This document shows positions 47,892 through 58,290 of a DNA stretch of 64,000 bases, one piece after another. The stretch is from Alphaproteobacteria bacterium. Lineage in GTDB: Bacteria; Pseudomonadota; Alphaproteobacteria; SHVV01. Made by a program: the position numbers and the translations under genes. The notes below the pieces were generated by a model. It was not told the DNA's origin. It did no database searches and was given only the letters and a program-made list of their open reading frames with translations. Every line of letters begins with the position of its first letter. Position 1 is the stretch's first letter. The stretch spans positions 3,680,001 to 3,744,000 of the forward strand of contig OZ253470.1 in NCBI GenBank assembly GCA_965261735.1, given 5' to 3'.

Positions 47892-49874
47892 CTTTCCTAT
47901 CCGGGTTACACCCACACCCACTAGGGCTAGAATGGGCGCAACCCGGATATAGGGGAGCGCGCCATGGATGTTCTCGACCGCGCCGATCTCCCATTCCCGC
48001 ATTCGCTACCCGAGTTCCAGCGACTTTTCCCCGATGATGCGGCCTGCGCCGCCTACCTGGAGAAAGCCCGCTGGGGAGACGGCTTTGCCTGCCCGCACTG
48101 CGGCACGGCGGGAGAGCCGTTCCACTTTGAAAACCGCCCTGGCGTCCTGCGCTGCCGCAAGTGCCGCCAGAACACCGGGCTGACGGTGGGAACAGTGATG
48201 GAGCGTAGCCACACTCCGCTGAACGTCTGGTTCTGGGCCGCTTATCTGGTCGCCAGTCAGACGCCCGGCATGTCCGCCGTGCAGTTTCAGCGGCAACTTG
48301 GTCTTTCGCGCTACGAGACGGCCTTTCAAATTCTCCACAAGCTCCGCTCGGGCATGGTGCGGCCCAACCAAGACAGGATCGGTGGACAGCCCAAGAACCA
48401 TGTTGAGGTGGACGAAACCTGGGTTGGCGGGCGAACGCGTGGGGAAGGCCGTGGTGTTCACCACAAGGTTCCCGTCTCCTGTGCCATCGAGGTGCGTCAT
48501 CGAAAGCCGGGCACCAAGCTCGACAACCGGAAAGACGGACGCTTTCCTATCCGGTTTACACCCACACCCACTAGGGCTAGAATGGGCGCAAACCGGATAT
48601 AGGGGAGCGCGCCATGGATGTTCTCGACCGCGCCGATCTCCCATTCCCGCATTCGCTACCCGAGTTCCAGCGACTTTTCCCCGATGATGCGGCCTGCGCC
48701 GCCTACCTGGAGAAAGCCCGCTGGGGAGACGGCTTTGCTTGCCCGCACTGCGGCACGGCGGGAGAGCCGTTCCACTTTGAAAACCGCCCTGGCGTCCTGC
48801 GCTGCCGCAAGTGCCGCTAGAACACCGGGCTGACGGTGGGAACAGTGATGGAGCGTAGCCACACTCCGCTGAACGTCTGGTTCTGGGCCGCTTATCTGGT
48901 CGCCAGTCAGACGCCCGGCATGTCCGCCGTGCAGTTTCAGCGGCAACTTGGTCTTTCGCGCTACGAGACGGCCTTTCAAATTCTCCACAAGCTCCGCTCG
49001 GGCATGGTGCGGCCCAACCAAGACAGGATCGGTGGACAGCCCAAGAACCATGTTGAGGTGGACGAAACCTGGGTTGGCGGGCGAACGCGTGGGGAAGGCC
49101 GTGGTGTTCACCACAAGGTCCCCGTCTCCTGTGCCATCGAGGTGCGTCATCGAAAGCCGGGCACCAAGCTCGACAACCGGAAAGGAAGACGTGGCTGATC
49201 GGTATCCACCACGGCGTTAGCCACCAGCACCTACAAGCCTACCTCAACGAGTTCACCTTCCGCTTCAACAGGCGGTTCTACCCGTTCAACGCCTTCCGCT
49301 CATTGCTCGGCATCGCGGGCGACACCTCTGCTCCAACCTATGCCGAGCTTTACTCGGGAGAGTGGCGGCACCCTACATGTAGCGGTCATGGGCGTTAACC
49401 GGATAGGCAAGGACGGACGCTATGCCGGACGCGTTCGGCTCGCCGTCGTGCTCGACCGTAGCGCCGAGTCGGTCTGTGGGTTCGTCGAGAGCACCGTCGC
49501 GCCGCGATCGCTGATCGTTACTGACGATTGGAGCGGCTATGCTGGCCTCGGGAAGCGCGGCTATGAGCACTTCGCTGTTGCCGAGTGTGCTGATCCAGAG
49601 GTTGCCGAGCAATACCTGCCGATCATCCATCTGGTTTTCGCCAACCTGAAGACGTGGCTGATCGGTATCCACCACGGCGTTAGCCACCAGCACCTACAAG
49701 CCTACCTCAACGAGTTCACCTTCCGCTTCAACAGGCGGTTCTACCCGTTCAACGCCTTCCGCTCATTGCTCGGCATCGCGGGTGACACCTCTGCTCCAAC
49801 CTATGCCGAGCTTTACTCGGGAGAGTGGCGGCACCCTACATGTAGCGGTCATGGGCGTTAACCGGATAGGCAAG
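47892..49874 (+). mobile_element. IS1595-family copy D with copy E nested inside
   Basis: IRs at 47892 and 49874; TSD gttcggcg / gctcggcg (1 mismatch); 1983 - 870 - 8 = 1105 bp. Confidence 0.95.
48542..49411 (+). mobile_element. IS1595-family copy E (870 bp; nonsense mutation and 235-bp internal deletion)
   Basis: 8-bp TSD gacggacg (48534-48541, 49412-49419); CAG>TAG at 48818; deletion junction at 49184/49185. Confidence 0.95.
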
Positions 49875-50889
49875 GCTCGGCGGCGAGAGGCGCTCGATCA
49901 ACGTCACCGTGCTGCCGCTCACCAGCGCCGAGAAGAACAAGAGGCTCGGCAACATGATCATGCTCGACGACATCAGCTCGGAAAAGCGGATGAAGTCGAC
50001 GATGGCGCGCTATATGGACGCCTCGCTCGCCGATCGCCTGCTCGCCGGCGGCGATGACATTCTCGGCGGCCAGAACGTTCCCGCGACAGTGCTGTTCTCC
50101 GACATCCGCGGCTTCACCCCGCTGACCGAGGAGCTTGGCGCGCAGGGCACCGTGAGCCTACTGAACGAGTACTTCTCGATCATGGTCGACTGCATCCAGC
50201 ACGAGGAGGGCATGCTGGACAAGTTCATCGGCGATGCCATCATGGCCGCGTTCGGCACCCCGATCGCCCATGACGACGACGAGGACCGGGGGGTGCGCGC
50301 GGCGATTTCGATGATCTCGAGCCTCGCCGAATGGAACGAGGAGCGCCACCACAAGGGCCAGATGCCGGTCGACATGGGCATCGGGCTCAACACCGACATC
50401 GTCGTGTCCGGCAATATCGGCTCGCCCAAGCGCATGGACTACACCATCATCGGCGACGGCGTGAACCTCGCCTCCCGGCTCGAGAGCGCGTGCAAGCAAT
50501 ACGCCGCGCGCATCCTGGTGAGCGAAAACACCTACAAGAAGCTGCGCGGCACTTACCGGGCCCGCGAGATCGACCGGGTGGTGGTCAAGGGTAAGACCGA
50601 GCCGGTCGGCGTCTACGAAATCCTCGACTACCACACGGACAAGAGCTTCCCCAACCTGATGGAGGTGGTGAACCATTTCCGCGACGGTTTGGCGCAGTAC
50701 CGCAAGGCGAACTGGGACAAGGGCGTCGCGGCGTTCAAGGAGGCGCTCGCCGCCAACGCCGAGGACAAGCTGTCGTCGATCTATATCGAGCGCTGCCGCC
50801 TCCTCAAGAAGCACCCGCCCAAGGGCGAATGGGACGGTATCTGGGTCATGGAGTCGAAGTAGGGCGGTCTCCCATCGCTCCATCGCCCC

Positions 50890-52020
50890 TCACATGAACA
50901 GCGTCAGTACCCCGGTGTAGCCGTAGAGGCGGTCGTGGGAGATTTCGCCGTTGCAGAAGAAGCCGACGAGCGGCACCGGCCCGAGCTCGTCGGCCACGGT
51001 CGCGAGTTCCGCCGAATCGGGACCGAACAGGTTGGGCCCCCTGGCGACGCAACTGTAATAGAGGGCGCCGCGGGGCGCGCCACCGGCGCGTCCCTTGAGA
51101 TCGCGCAACATGCGCACGAGGTCGTCGCGTGCGGCCTGGCCGTCGCGGCGGCAGAATAGGATCGACTGCCCCTTGGCGAGCGGGGCGGCCACGGCGAGGA
51201 GGCCCGCGTCGGGGTCGAGGCCGACGAAGTTGCGTACCACGTAGTCGGCGCGGTCGGAACCGGCGACGGGAAACGCCACGTGGAGGGCGCGAACGGCGCG
51301 GGCCAGGTCGCGGGCCAGCAGCTCGCCCATGTCCTCGCGCAGCGCCTCGAGCGCCGGCGCGCCATCGATCTCGATGGCGACGTTGCCCTCGCACGCGGTG
51401 ATTTCGCGTACCGGCCCGATCGGCGAGCAGCCCTGGGAGAGCCCGGCCACCACCGGCACGCCGGCGCCGAACAGGGCGCCTGAGAGGCCACCCGCATTCA
51501 CGCCATCGGCGACGTGGACTTGGGCGGCGCTGGACGAGGATAGGCCGCCGACGAGGAAGCTGTTGTGATCGGCGACGATCCGGGGAATGAGCTCCATGAG
51601 CTCGGGATGGCGCGAATCCGCGTGGACGACGCCGAAGCGCGGCTCGGCCGCCTCCAGCCACGCCCGCTCGGCCCCGGCGAGGTCGCCGCCGTCGGCGCCT
51701 GCGCGAAAAACGCGAAACGAATCGGGCGGGAAGGCTCCCGCCATCGCTGCTACCGCGGGCTCGCCGAAATACTCGCGCCCCGTGGCCAGGACACCGGCCC
51801 CGACAGTGCCGATCCACGAGCCAATGCCGGTGCGCTCGGCGAAAAAGCGGTGGATGTCGGCGAGGCGGCCGGCGAAGCGATCGGTGACGTAGAGGAAGCC
51901 GAGATTGGCATCGGCGGTGCGGAGCTCCAGTGCCGCCAGAGCCGCCTCGCATGCATCGCGCCAGTCGCCGGCGCTCGCGTGACCGAGTGCGAAGGGCGCA
52001 TCGGTTGACGGCTGGGTCAT
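50890..52020 (-). CDS. FIST (FIST_N + FIST_C) sensory domain protein
   Basis: LGFLYVTD, FLVGGLSS, LSQGCSPIG, YVVRN, YYSCVARG, LVGFFCNGEI, YGYTGVL. Confidence 0.9.
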   Translation of the reverse strand: MTQPSTDAPFALGHASAGDWRDACEAALAALELRTADANLGFLYVTDRFAGRLADIHRFFAERTGIGSWIGTVGAGVLATGREYFGEPAVAAMAGAFPPDSFRVFRAGADGGDLAGAERAWLEAAEPRFGVVHADSRHPELMELIPRIVADHNSFLVGGLSSSSAAQVHVADGVNAGGLSGALFGAGVPVVAGLSQGCSPIGPVREITACEGNVAIEIDGAPALEALREDMGELLARDLARAVRALHVAFPVAGSDRADYVVRNFVGLDPDAGLLAVAAPLAKGQSILFCRRDGQAARDDLVRMLRDLKGRAGGAPRGALYYSCVARGPNLFGPDSAELATVADELGPVPLVGFFCNGEISHDRLYGYTGVLTLFM

Positions 52021-52117
52021 GCCGGCCTCCCGCGGGAGCTTCCCGCGGCGATAGGTTACTAGCCCGCGCGGCAACGGTCCAGGCGTCCGCCGGGGCGCCG
52101 GCCCGCCCGTATCTTGA

Positions 52118-54119
52118 ATGGCCGGCCGCGCGCGCATATCTCCTGAGCATGAGGTACGGCCGCAGCGGGGCGTCGCCGTGAGTGTCGACGCCACCCCCCA
52201 GGGCATCCCGGGCCATGTGATCGAGCAGGACTGGGCCGCCTATAGCGATCCCGAGCACGCCGTTTGGCGCACCCTGTTCGCCCGCCAGCAGGTGCTGCTC
52301 GAGGGGCGCGCGGTTCCCGAGTTCACCGAGAATATCGGCCGGCTCGGCCTGGTTGCCGACGGTATTCCCGATTTTCACCGCCTTTCAGAGGTACTGGACG
52401 CTACCACCGGGTGGCGGATCGTGGCCGTACCCGGCCTCATTCCAGACGATGAGTTCTTCAGCCACCTCGCCGCGCGGTGCTTCCCGGCCACCACGTTCAT
52501 CCGACGCCGCGACCAGCTCGACTATCTGCAGGAGCCGGACGTCTTTCACGACGTGTTCGGGCACGTCCCGATGCTACTGAACCCGGTGTTCGCCGACTAC
52601 ATGCAGGCCTACGGGCGCGGTGGCCTCAAGGCGCTACGCCTGGGCGGCCTCACCCACCTCGCCCGCCTCTACTGGTACACGGTCGAGTTCGGCTTGATCC
52701 GCACGCCCGCGGGCTTACGTATCTACGGCTCGGGCATCGTTTCCTCGCGCGGCGAATCGATCTATTGCCTCGAGGCTTGCCTATCCGGTTAATGCCCATG
52801 ACCGCTACATGTAGGGTGCCACCACTCTCCCGAGTAAAGCTCGGCATAGGTTGGAGCAGAGGTGTCGCCCGCGATGCCGAGCAATGAGCGGAAGGCGTTG
52901 AACGGGTAGAACCGCCTGTTGAAGCGGAAGGTGAACTCGTTGAGGTAGGCTTGTAGGTGCTGGTGGCTAACGCCGTGGTGGATACCGATCAGCCACGTCT
53001 TCAGGTTGGCGAAAACCAGATGGATGATCGGCAGGTATTGCTCGGCAACCTCTGGATCACCACGCTCGGCAACAGCGAAGTGCTCATAGCCGCGCTTACC
53101 GAGGCCAGCATAGCCGCTCCAATCGTCAGTAACGATCAGCGATCGCGGCGCGACGGTGCTCTCGACGAACCCACAGAGCGACTCGGCGCTACGGTCGAGC
53201 ACGACGGCGAGCCGAACGCGTCCGGCATAGCGTCCGTCTTTCCGGTTGTCGAGCTTGGTGCCCGGCTTTCGATGACGCACCTCGATGGCACAGGAGACGG
53301 GAACCTTGTGGTGAACACCACGGCCTTCCCCACGCGTTCGCCCGCCAACCCAGGTTTCGTCCACCTCAACATGGTTCTTGGGCTGTCCACCGATCCTGTC
53401 TTGGTTGGGCCGCACCATGCCCGAGCGGAGCTTGTGGAGAATTTGAAAGGCCGTCTCGTAGCGCGAAAGACCAAGTTACCGCTGAAACTGCACGGCGGAC
53501 ATGCCGGGCGTCTGACTGGCGACCAGATAAGCGGCCCAGAACCAGACGTTCAGCGGAGTGTGGCTACGCTCCATCACTGTTCCCACCGTCAGCCCGGTGT
53601 TCTGGCGGCACTTGCGGCAGCGCAGGACGCCAGGGCGGTTTTCAAAGTGGAACGGCTCTCCCGCCGTGCCGCAGTGCGGGCAGGCAAAGCCGTCTCCCCA
53701 GCGGGCTTTCTCCAGGTAGGCGGCGCAGGCCGCATCATCGGGGAAAAGTCGCTGGAACTCGGGTAGCGAATGCGGGAATGGGAGATCGGCGCGGTCGAGA
53801 ACATCCATGGCGCGCTCCCCTATATCCGGGTTGCGCCCATTCTAACCCTAGTGGGTGTGGGTGTAAACCGGATAGGCAAGCCTCGAGGATCCGAAGCCCC
53901 ACCGCGTGGCCTTCGATCTCATGCGCATCATGCGCACCAACTACCGGATCGACGACTACCAGGACGTCTATTTCGTGATCGACAGCTTCGGCCAGTTGTA
54001 CGAGGCGTACGCGCCCCGACTTCACCCCCTATTACGAGACGCTGATGGGCGAGAGCGCGTTCGAGCCCGGCGAACTGCTGTCGAGCGACCGCCTCATCGC
54101 TGCGAATCCGTCGGCATAA
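52118..54119 (+). pseudogene. phhA: Phenylalanine 4-monooxygenase split by IS1595 copy F, with a later +1 frameshift
   Basis: EPDVFHDVFGHVP, RLYWYTVEFGL, IYGSGIVSS. After the IS comes MRTNYRIDDYQDVYFVIDSF; an extra base near 54007-54017 shifts PDFTPYY...*. Confidence 0.93.
52776..53880 (-). mobile_element. IS1595-family copy F (1105 bp; transposase has CAA>TAA at 53476-53478)
   Basis: IRs at both ends; 8-bp TSD cctcgagg (52768-52775, 53881-53888). Confidence 0.97.
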
Positions 54120-55635
54120 GCCGCGCCCTCAGCTCGGTCTTGAGGACCTTGCCGTAGTTGTTCTTGGGCAGGGAGTCGACGAAGCGGTACGCCTTTGGCC
54201 GCTTGAATCGCGCGATATGCTCGAGGCACAAGCGATCGAGATCGGCCTCGGCCACCGGCTGCCGCGGCCTTGTCACCACGAACGCCACGACGTCCTCGCC
54301 CCATTCGGCGCTGGGGCGCCCCACGACCGAGGCCTCGAGCACGCCCTCGTGGCGCAGCAGCACCTCCTCGATCTCGCGCGGATAGATGTTGGTGCCGCCG
54401 CTGATGATGAGGTCCTTGGAGCGGTCCTTGAGGGTGAGGAAGCCGTCCTCATCGAGCGCGCCGAGGTCCCCGGTATGGAGCCAGCCGGCGCGCAGGGTCT
54501 CGCGCGTCGCCTCGGCATAGCCCCAATAGCCGGCCATGACCACATCGCCGCGCACGACCACCTCACCGATGTCGTCGGGCCCGAGCGGCGCATCGTCCTC
54601 GCCGACGACCGCGACCTCGACGTCGGTGCGGGCAATGCCGGTCGAGGCCAGGCGCTCGGCATGGCGCGGATGGCTCGTATCGGCGTGGTGCGCCTTGGAC
54701 AGCGCGGTGATCGTCATGGGGCTTTCGCCCTGGCCGTAGACCTGGACGATGCGCGGCCCGAGCAGCTCGAGGGCACGCTCGAGATCGGCCACGTACATCG
54801 GGCCACCGCCGTAGATGACGGCCTTGAGGTGGGCGAAATCGGCGCTGGCGGCCGCTGTACTGTTGACCAGGCGCGCCAGCATGGTGGGTGCCGCGAAAAA
54901 GCTCACGTTCGGGTGCACGGCGATGAGGTGCGTGAGCTCTTCCGCGTCGAAATGCCCGCTCTCGGGAACCACGTTGTTGGCGGCGCGCGCGATGTGGGGG
55001 AGGCCGTAGAGGCCCGAGCCATGGGATAGCGGGGCCGCGTGCACGATCGTGTCGCCGCTATCCAGCCAGTCGATGTCGGCGAAGTAGCTGAGCGTCATCA
55101 TCAGGATGTTGCGGTGCGTGAGCGTCGCGCCCTTGGGTCGGCCGGTGGTGCCGCTAGTGTAGAACAGCCACGCTGGCGCCTCGGGCGCGGCGTCCGCTGG
55201 TGCGGCACCGTCGCCGGCGTTCATCCGGGCGTAGTCGGCGCTATCCGTGGAAACCACCGCCGCCAGCGCGGGCACTTCACCCGCCAGCGGTGCGATGGTC
55301 TCGGCGAGATCGGCGCTCACGAAGCACAGCCGGGCGCCCGAGTTGTCGAGGATGTAGGCGAACTCCCGCGCATGCAGCCGCGCGTTGACGGGAACGGCAA
55401 CCAGGCCTGCGCACCAGATGGCGAACAGAGCTTCGTAGAACGCGACCTCGTTGGTCATGGCGATGGCCACGCGATCGCCAGGTGCGAGCCGGTGGTCGTC
55501 TCGCAGGGCGCGGGCGATGGCGGCGGCGCGGCGCGCCAGCTCGGCGTAGGTAGCGTGCACCCGGGTGCCGATGGTGAGCGCCGGCCGATCGCCGTACGAG
55601 CGCGCCGCCTTGATGAGCTGCATCGCCATGTTCAT
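54094..55635 (-). CDS. AMP-dependent acyl-CoA synthetase/ligase
   Basis: YTSGTTGRPKG, YGQGE, WLHTGD, ISGGTNIYPREIE, PKNNYGK. Confidence 0.93.
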   Translation of the reverse strand: MNMAMQLIKAARSYGDRPALTIGTRVHATYAELARRAAAIARALRDDHRLAPGDRVAIAMTNEVAFYEALFAIWCAGLVAVPVNARLHAREFAYILDNSGARLCFVSADLAETIAPLAGEVPALAAVVSTDSADYARMNAGDGAAPADAAPEAPAWLFYTSGTTGRPKGATLTHRNILMMTLSYFADIDWLDSGDTIVHAAPLSHGSGLYGLPHIARAANNVVPESGHFDAEELTHLIAVHPNVSFFAAPTMLARLVNSTAAASADFAHLKAVIYGGGPMYVADLERALELLGPRIVQVYGQGESPMTITALSKAHHADTSHPRHAERLASTGIARTDVEVAVVGEDDAPLGPDDIGEVVVRGDVVMAGYWGYAEATRETLRAGWLHTGDLGALDEDGFLTLKDRSKDLIISGGTNIYPREIEEVLLRHEGVLEASVVGRPSAEWGEDVVAFVVTRPRQPVAEADLDRLCLEHIARFKRPKAYRFVDSLPKNNYGKVLKTELRARLMPTDSQR

Positions 55636-55791
55636 GAGCCGTCCCCTGCCCGGCGAAGGGCCGTACGTCCGTTATTTAGACTGTTTGCCCGGCCCTGCCC
55701 AGCCACCGAGCCGACCTTGTCGGGCGCGCTTGCCTTGGCCATGCGATTCGACGAATGATGTGAGCCGTGTCGGCGCATCGCGGAGACGCCC

Positions 55792-56970
55792 ATGTTCGTC
55801 GCCACCAAGGATCGGCCGCTCGCGACCACGATCACCGGCTCGCTGCCGCGGCCGAGCTGGTACACGGCCAACCTCGACGGCCGGGCCTTCTCCGTGGCCA
55901 TGGCCGACCGCACCTTCCGCGAGCAGTATCTCGATGCCTTGGCGGTCTACGTCATCGACCAGACGCGGGCCGGTCTCGATATCCTCGTCGACGGGGACGC
56001 CCGCCTCGATGACGGAGTCGCCGGGCGCGGCTGGTTCGCCTACGTCACCGAACGCCTCTCGGGCCTCGCCGCGCCGCACATGAGCCACCACCCGGCGGTG
56101 AGCGGGCGCGACAAGGCCCCGGGCGACATCTTCTACGAGGTCATGGAGACGCGGCTACCGCCCCGCGTCGTCGACAAGGTCGGGCGCGGTGCGCTCGACT
56201 ACGACCGCGTGTGGAAGGCGATCCAGGCCATGGCGGCGCGGCCGGTGAAGTTCGGCGGCATCTCCGGCCAGCTGCTCGAGGGTCTCCTCACCAACGAGCA
56301 CTACGGCGATCGCCGCGACCTGGTGACGGATATCTCGACCGCGCTCAATGACGAATACCACGTGCTGGCGGACGCCGGCTGTCCGGTCATTCAGATCGAG
56401 GAGCCGGCCATCCACGGCCGCGTCGGTCTCGTCGAGGATGCGATCCTCACGCCCGACTTCTACGTCGACGCCTTCAACGCCGAGGTCAAGGGACTGCGCG
56501 CCAAGACCGAGGTGTGGTGTCACACCTGCTGGGGCAGCCCGGCCGCGCAACGGGTCGAGCACGGGCACATGAGCTACCGCGAGTCGCTGCCCTATCTCGA
56601 CCGGCTCGACGTCGACGTTATCACCTTCGAGGGCCGGGAGAACGAGGGCGCCGACCTCGAGCTCATCGGTAGGCTCGTTGGCAAGGACAAGAAGGTCGCG
56701 ATCGGCGTGGTCAGCCACCGCACGCTACAGGTCGAACGGCCGGAGGAGGTCGCCGACCTCGTGCGCAAGGCGCTCGAGCACATCGAGCCCGAGCGCCTCA
56801 TCCTGTCGACCGATTGCGGCTTCGGACGCCAGGGCATGAGCCGCATGCACGCCTTCTACAAGATGGTCTCGATCGTGCGCGGCGCCAACATCGTGCGCCG
56901 CGAGCTCGGGCTCGACGAGGTACCCGTGCCCGCCGCCGACCCGAGGTTCGCGCTGCTACCGGTGGGGTGA
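55792..56970 (+). CDS. Single-barrel cobalamin-independent methionine synthase II family protein
   Basis: TTITGSLPRP, IQIEEP, HTCWG, FE and TDCGFG (Zn ligands); about half the length of MetE. Confidence 0.85.
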   Translation: MFVATKDRPLATTITGSLPRPSWYTANLDGRAFSVAMADRTFREQYLDALAVYVIDQTRAGLDILVDGDARLDDGVAGRGWFAYVTERLSGLAAPHMSHHPAVSGRDKAPGDIFYEVMETRLPPRVVDKVGRGALDYDRVWKAIQAMAARPVKFGGISGQLLEGLLTNEHYGDRRDLVTDISTALNDEYHVLADAGCPVIQIEEPAIHGRVGLVEDAILTPDFYVDAFNAEVKGLRAKTEVWCHTCWGSPAAQRVEHGHMSYRESLPYLDRLDVDVITFEGRENEGADLELIGRLVGKDKKVAIGVVSHRTLQVERPEEVADLVRKALEHIEPERLILSTDCGFGRQGMSRMHAFYKMVSIVRGANIVRRELGLDEVPVPAADPRFALLPVG

Positions 56971-57049
56971 GGCGCCGTCGTTGGCCGGGTTCGAACGCAC
57001 TCCGCTGGAGCGGGGCGATCGTGACCTGTTTTGTCGCGAGCAAACGGTT

Positions 57050-58159
57050 TGTATATCGAGCGGGACGGGCAGAGCTGGTTCCGGGTCGCGGTGACGCCGA
57101 AGACGATCATGACCTCGCTCGGTCCGGTGACCTACCGGCGAGCGCGTTACCGCAGCGGCGCGAGCGGGGCATCGCCGGTGCCGGTCGACGAGAGCCTGGG
57201 CCTCGTCGACTATTACCTGACGCGGCCAGCCTGACCCTGAGCATGCACGAATGCTGGGAGAGCCTCGGCCCGGAGACGCTGGGCAGCATCCGTGAGGCCG
57301 AGGGCATACCGCAGGACGCGACCACCGCCTCGGTCTCCCTCGACGGCGTCATGGTGCCGCTGAGACCCGGCGAGGACGGTCGCGCCAAGGCCCCCTGGCG
57401 CGAGGCCGCCTGCGGCACGGTCTCCTTCCACGACGCCGAGGGCAAGCGCCTGAAGACCCTCTATCTCGGCCCCATGCCGGAGAGCGGCAAGCTCACGCTG
57501 AAGGCGCAGCTTGCAAGCGAAGTCGCACACATCAGGCGAGCACGCCCCGAGATCGGGATCGTCGCTATCGCCGATGGCGCCGCCGACAACTGGACCTTCC
57601 TGGAGACCCTGTCGCCCGAAACCGAGGTGATCGACTTCTGGCATGCTTGCGAACATCTGCAAACCGCGTCCGACCATGCCGTGGCGCCCGGCTGGTTCGA
57701 GAAGTACCGCGAGATCCTCCGTCACGATCCCCGTGGCGTCGCCAAGGTGATCCGGGCGCTGCGCCACCTTCGCGATGCCGCCGCTGCGCCGGACCGGGCC
57801 GAGACCGAGCGGGAACTCGCCTTCTTCCGCAAGCATCGCCATCGCATGCGCTACCACGCCCTGAAGGAAGAGGGCATCGCCATCGGCTCAGGCGTGGTCG
57901 AGGCTGCCAACAAGATCCCTGGTGACACAGCGCATGAAGCGCTCCGGCATGCGCTGGCGGATCGTCGGCGGACAGGCTGTTCTGACCTTCCGCGCCCTGA
58001 TCAAATCCGGCCGCTTCGAGCGCGCATGGAAGGCCCTGATCAGCGCAACCGACACACCGGCCAACGACAACATCAGTCCACGTGCAGCAGCCATGGCAAT
58101 CGCTGCCTGAACTCAACGAACCAAGCCGCAGACATCACTGCCATGCGAGACTCGCACCC
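57050..58159 (+). mobile_element. ISKra4-family (UPF0236) element remnant; 5' end lost, frameshifted transposase
   Basis: SLDGVMV, IADGAADNW, DFWHACEHL, IGSGVVEAANK and QRMKRSGMRW across several frames; probable right end ...ctcgcaccc at 58159. Confidence 0.85.
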
Positions 58160-58290
58160 GTTCTACGTCACTTACGACCCTTGTTGTTCCTCAGTCTTCC
58201 CACCCAATGTCGAATTCTTCAAACGCTTGCCCGATCAGTCAAAAATGGCCGTCACATCGACCGGATCAATAGAAACGACACCGCTGGATC

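Larger units (their letters stand above)
46575..50862 (+). pseudogene. GAF-GAF-PAS-class III adenylate cyclase (CyaB1-like architecture), broken by a frameshift and a nested IS
   Basis: Two GAFs with NK...F..D motifs and a frameshift at ~47569. PAS (ESMSNGVLTLD) follows; IS removal restores ELEFGGERRSINV in frame; cyclase motifs FSDIRGFT, DKFIGDA and TIIGDGVNLASRLE. Confidence 0.92.

Noticed and set aside
56987-56996. gggttcgaac, resembling a tRNA T-loop beside a mobile region (possible att site)
   Set aside because: No T-stem, acceptor stem or cloverleaf can be built around it.
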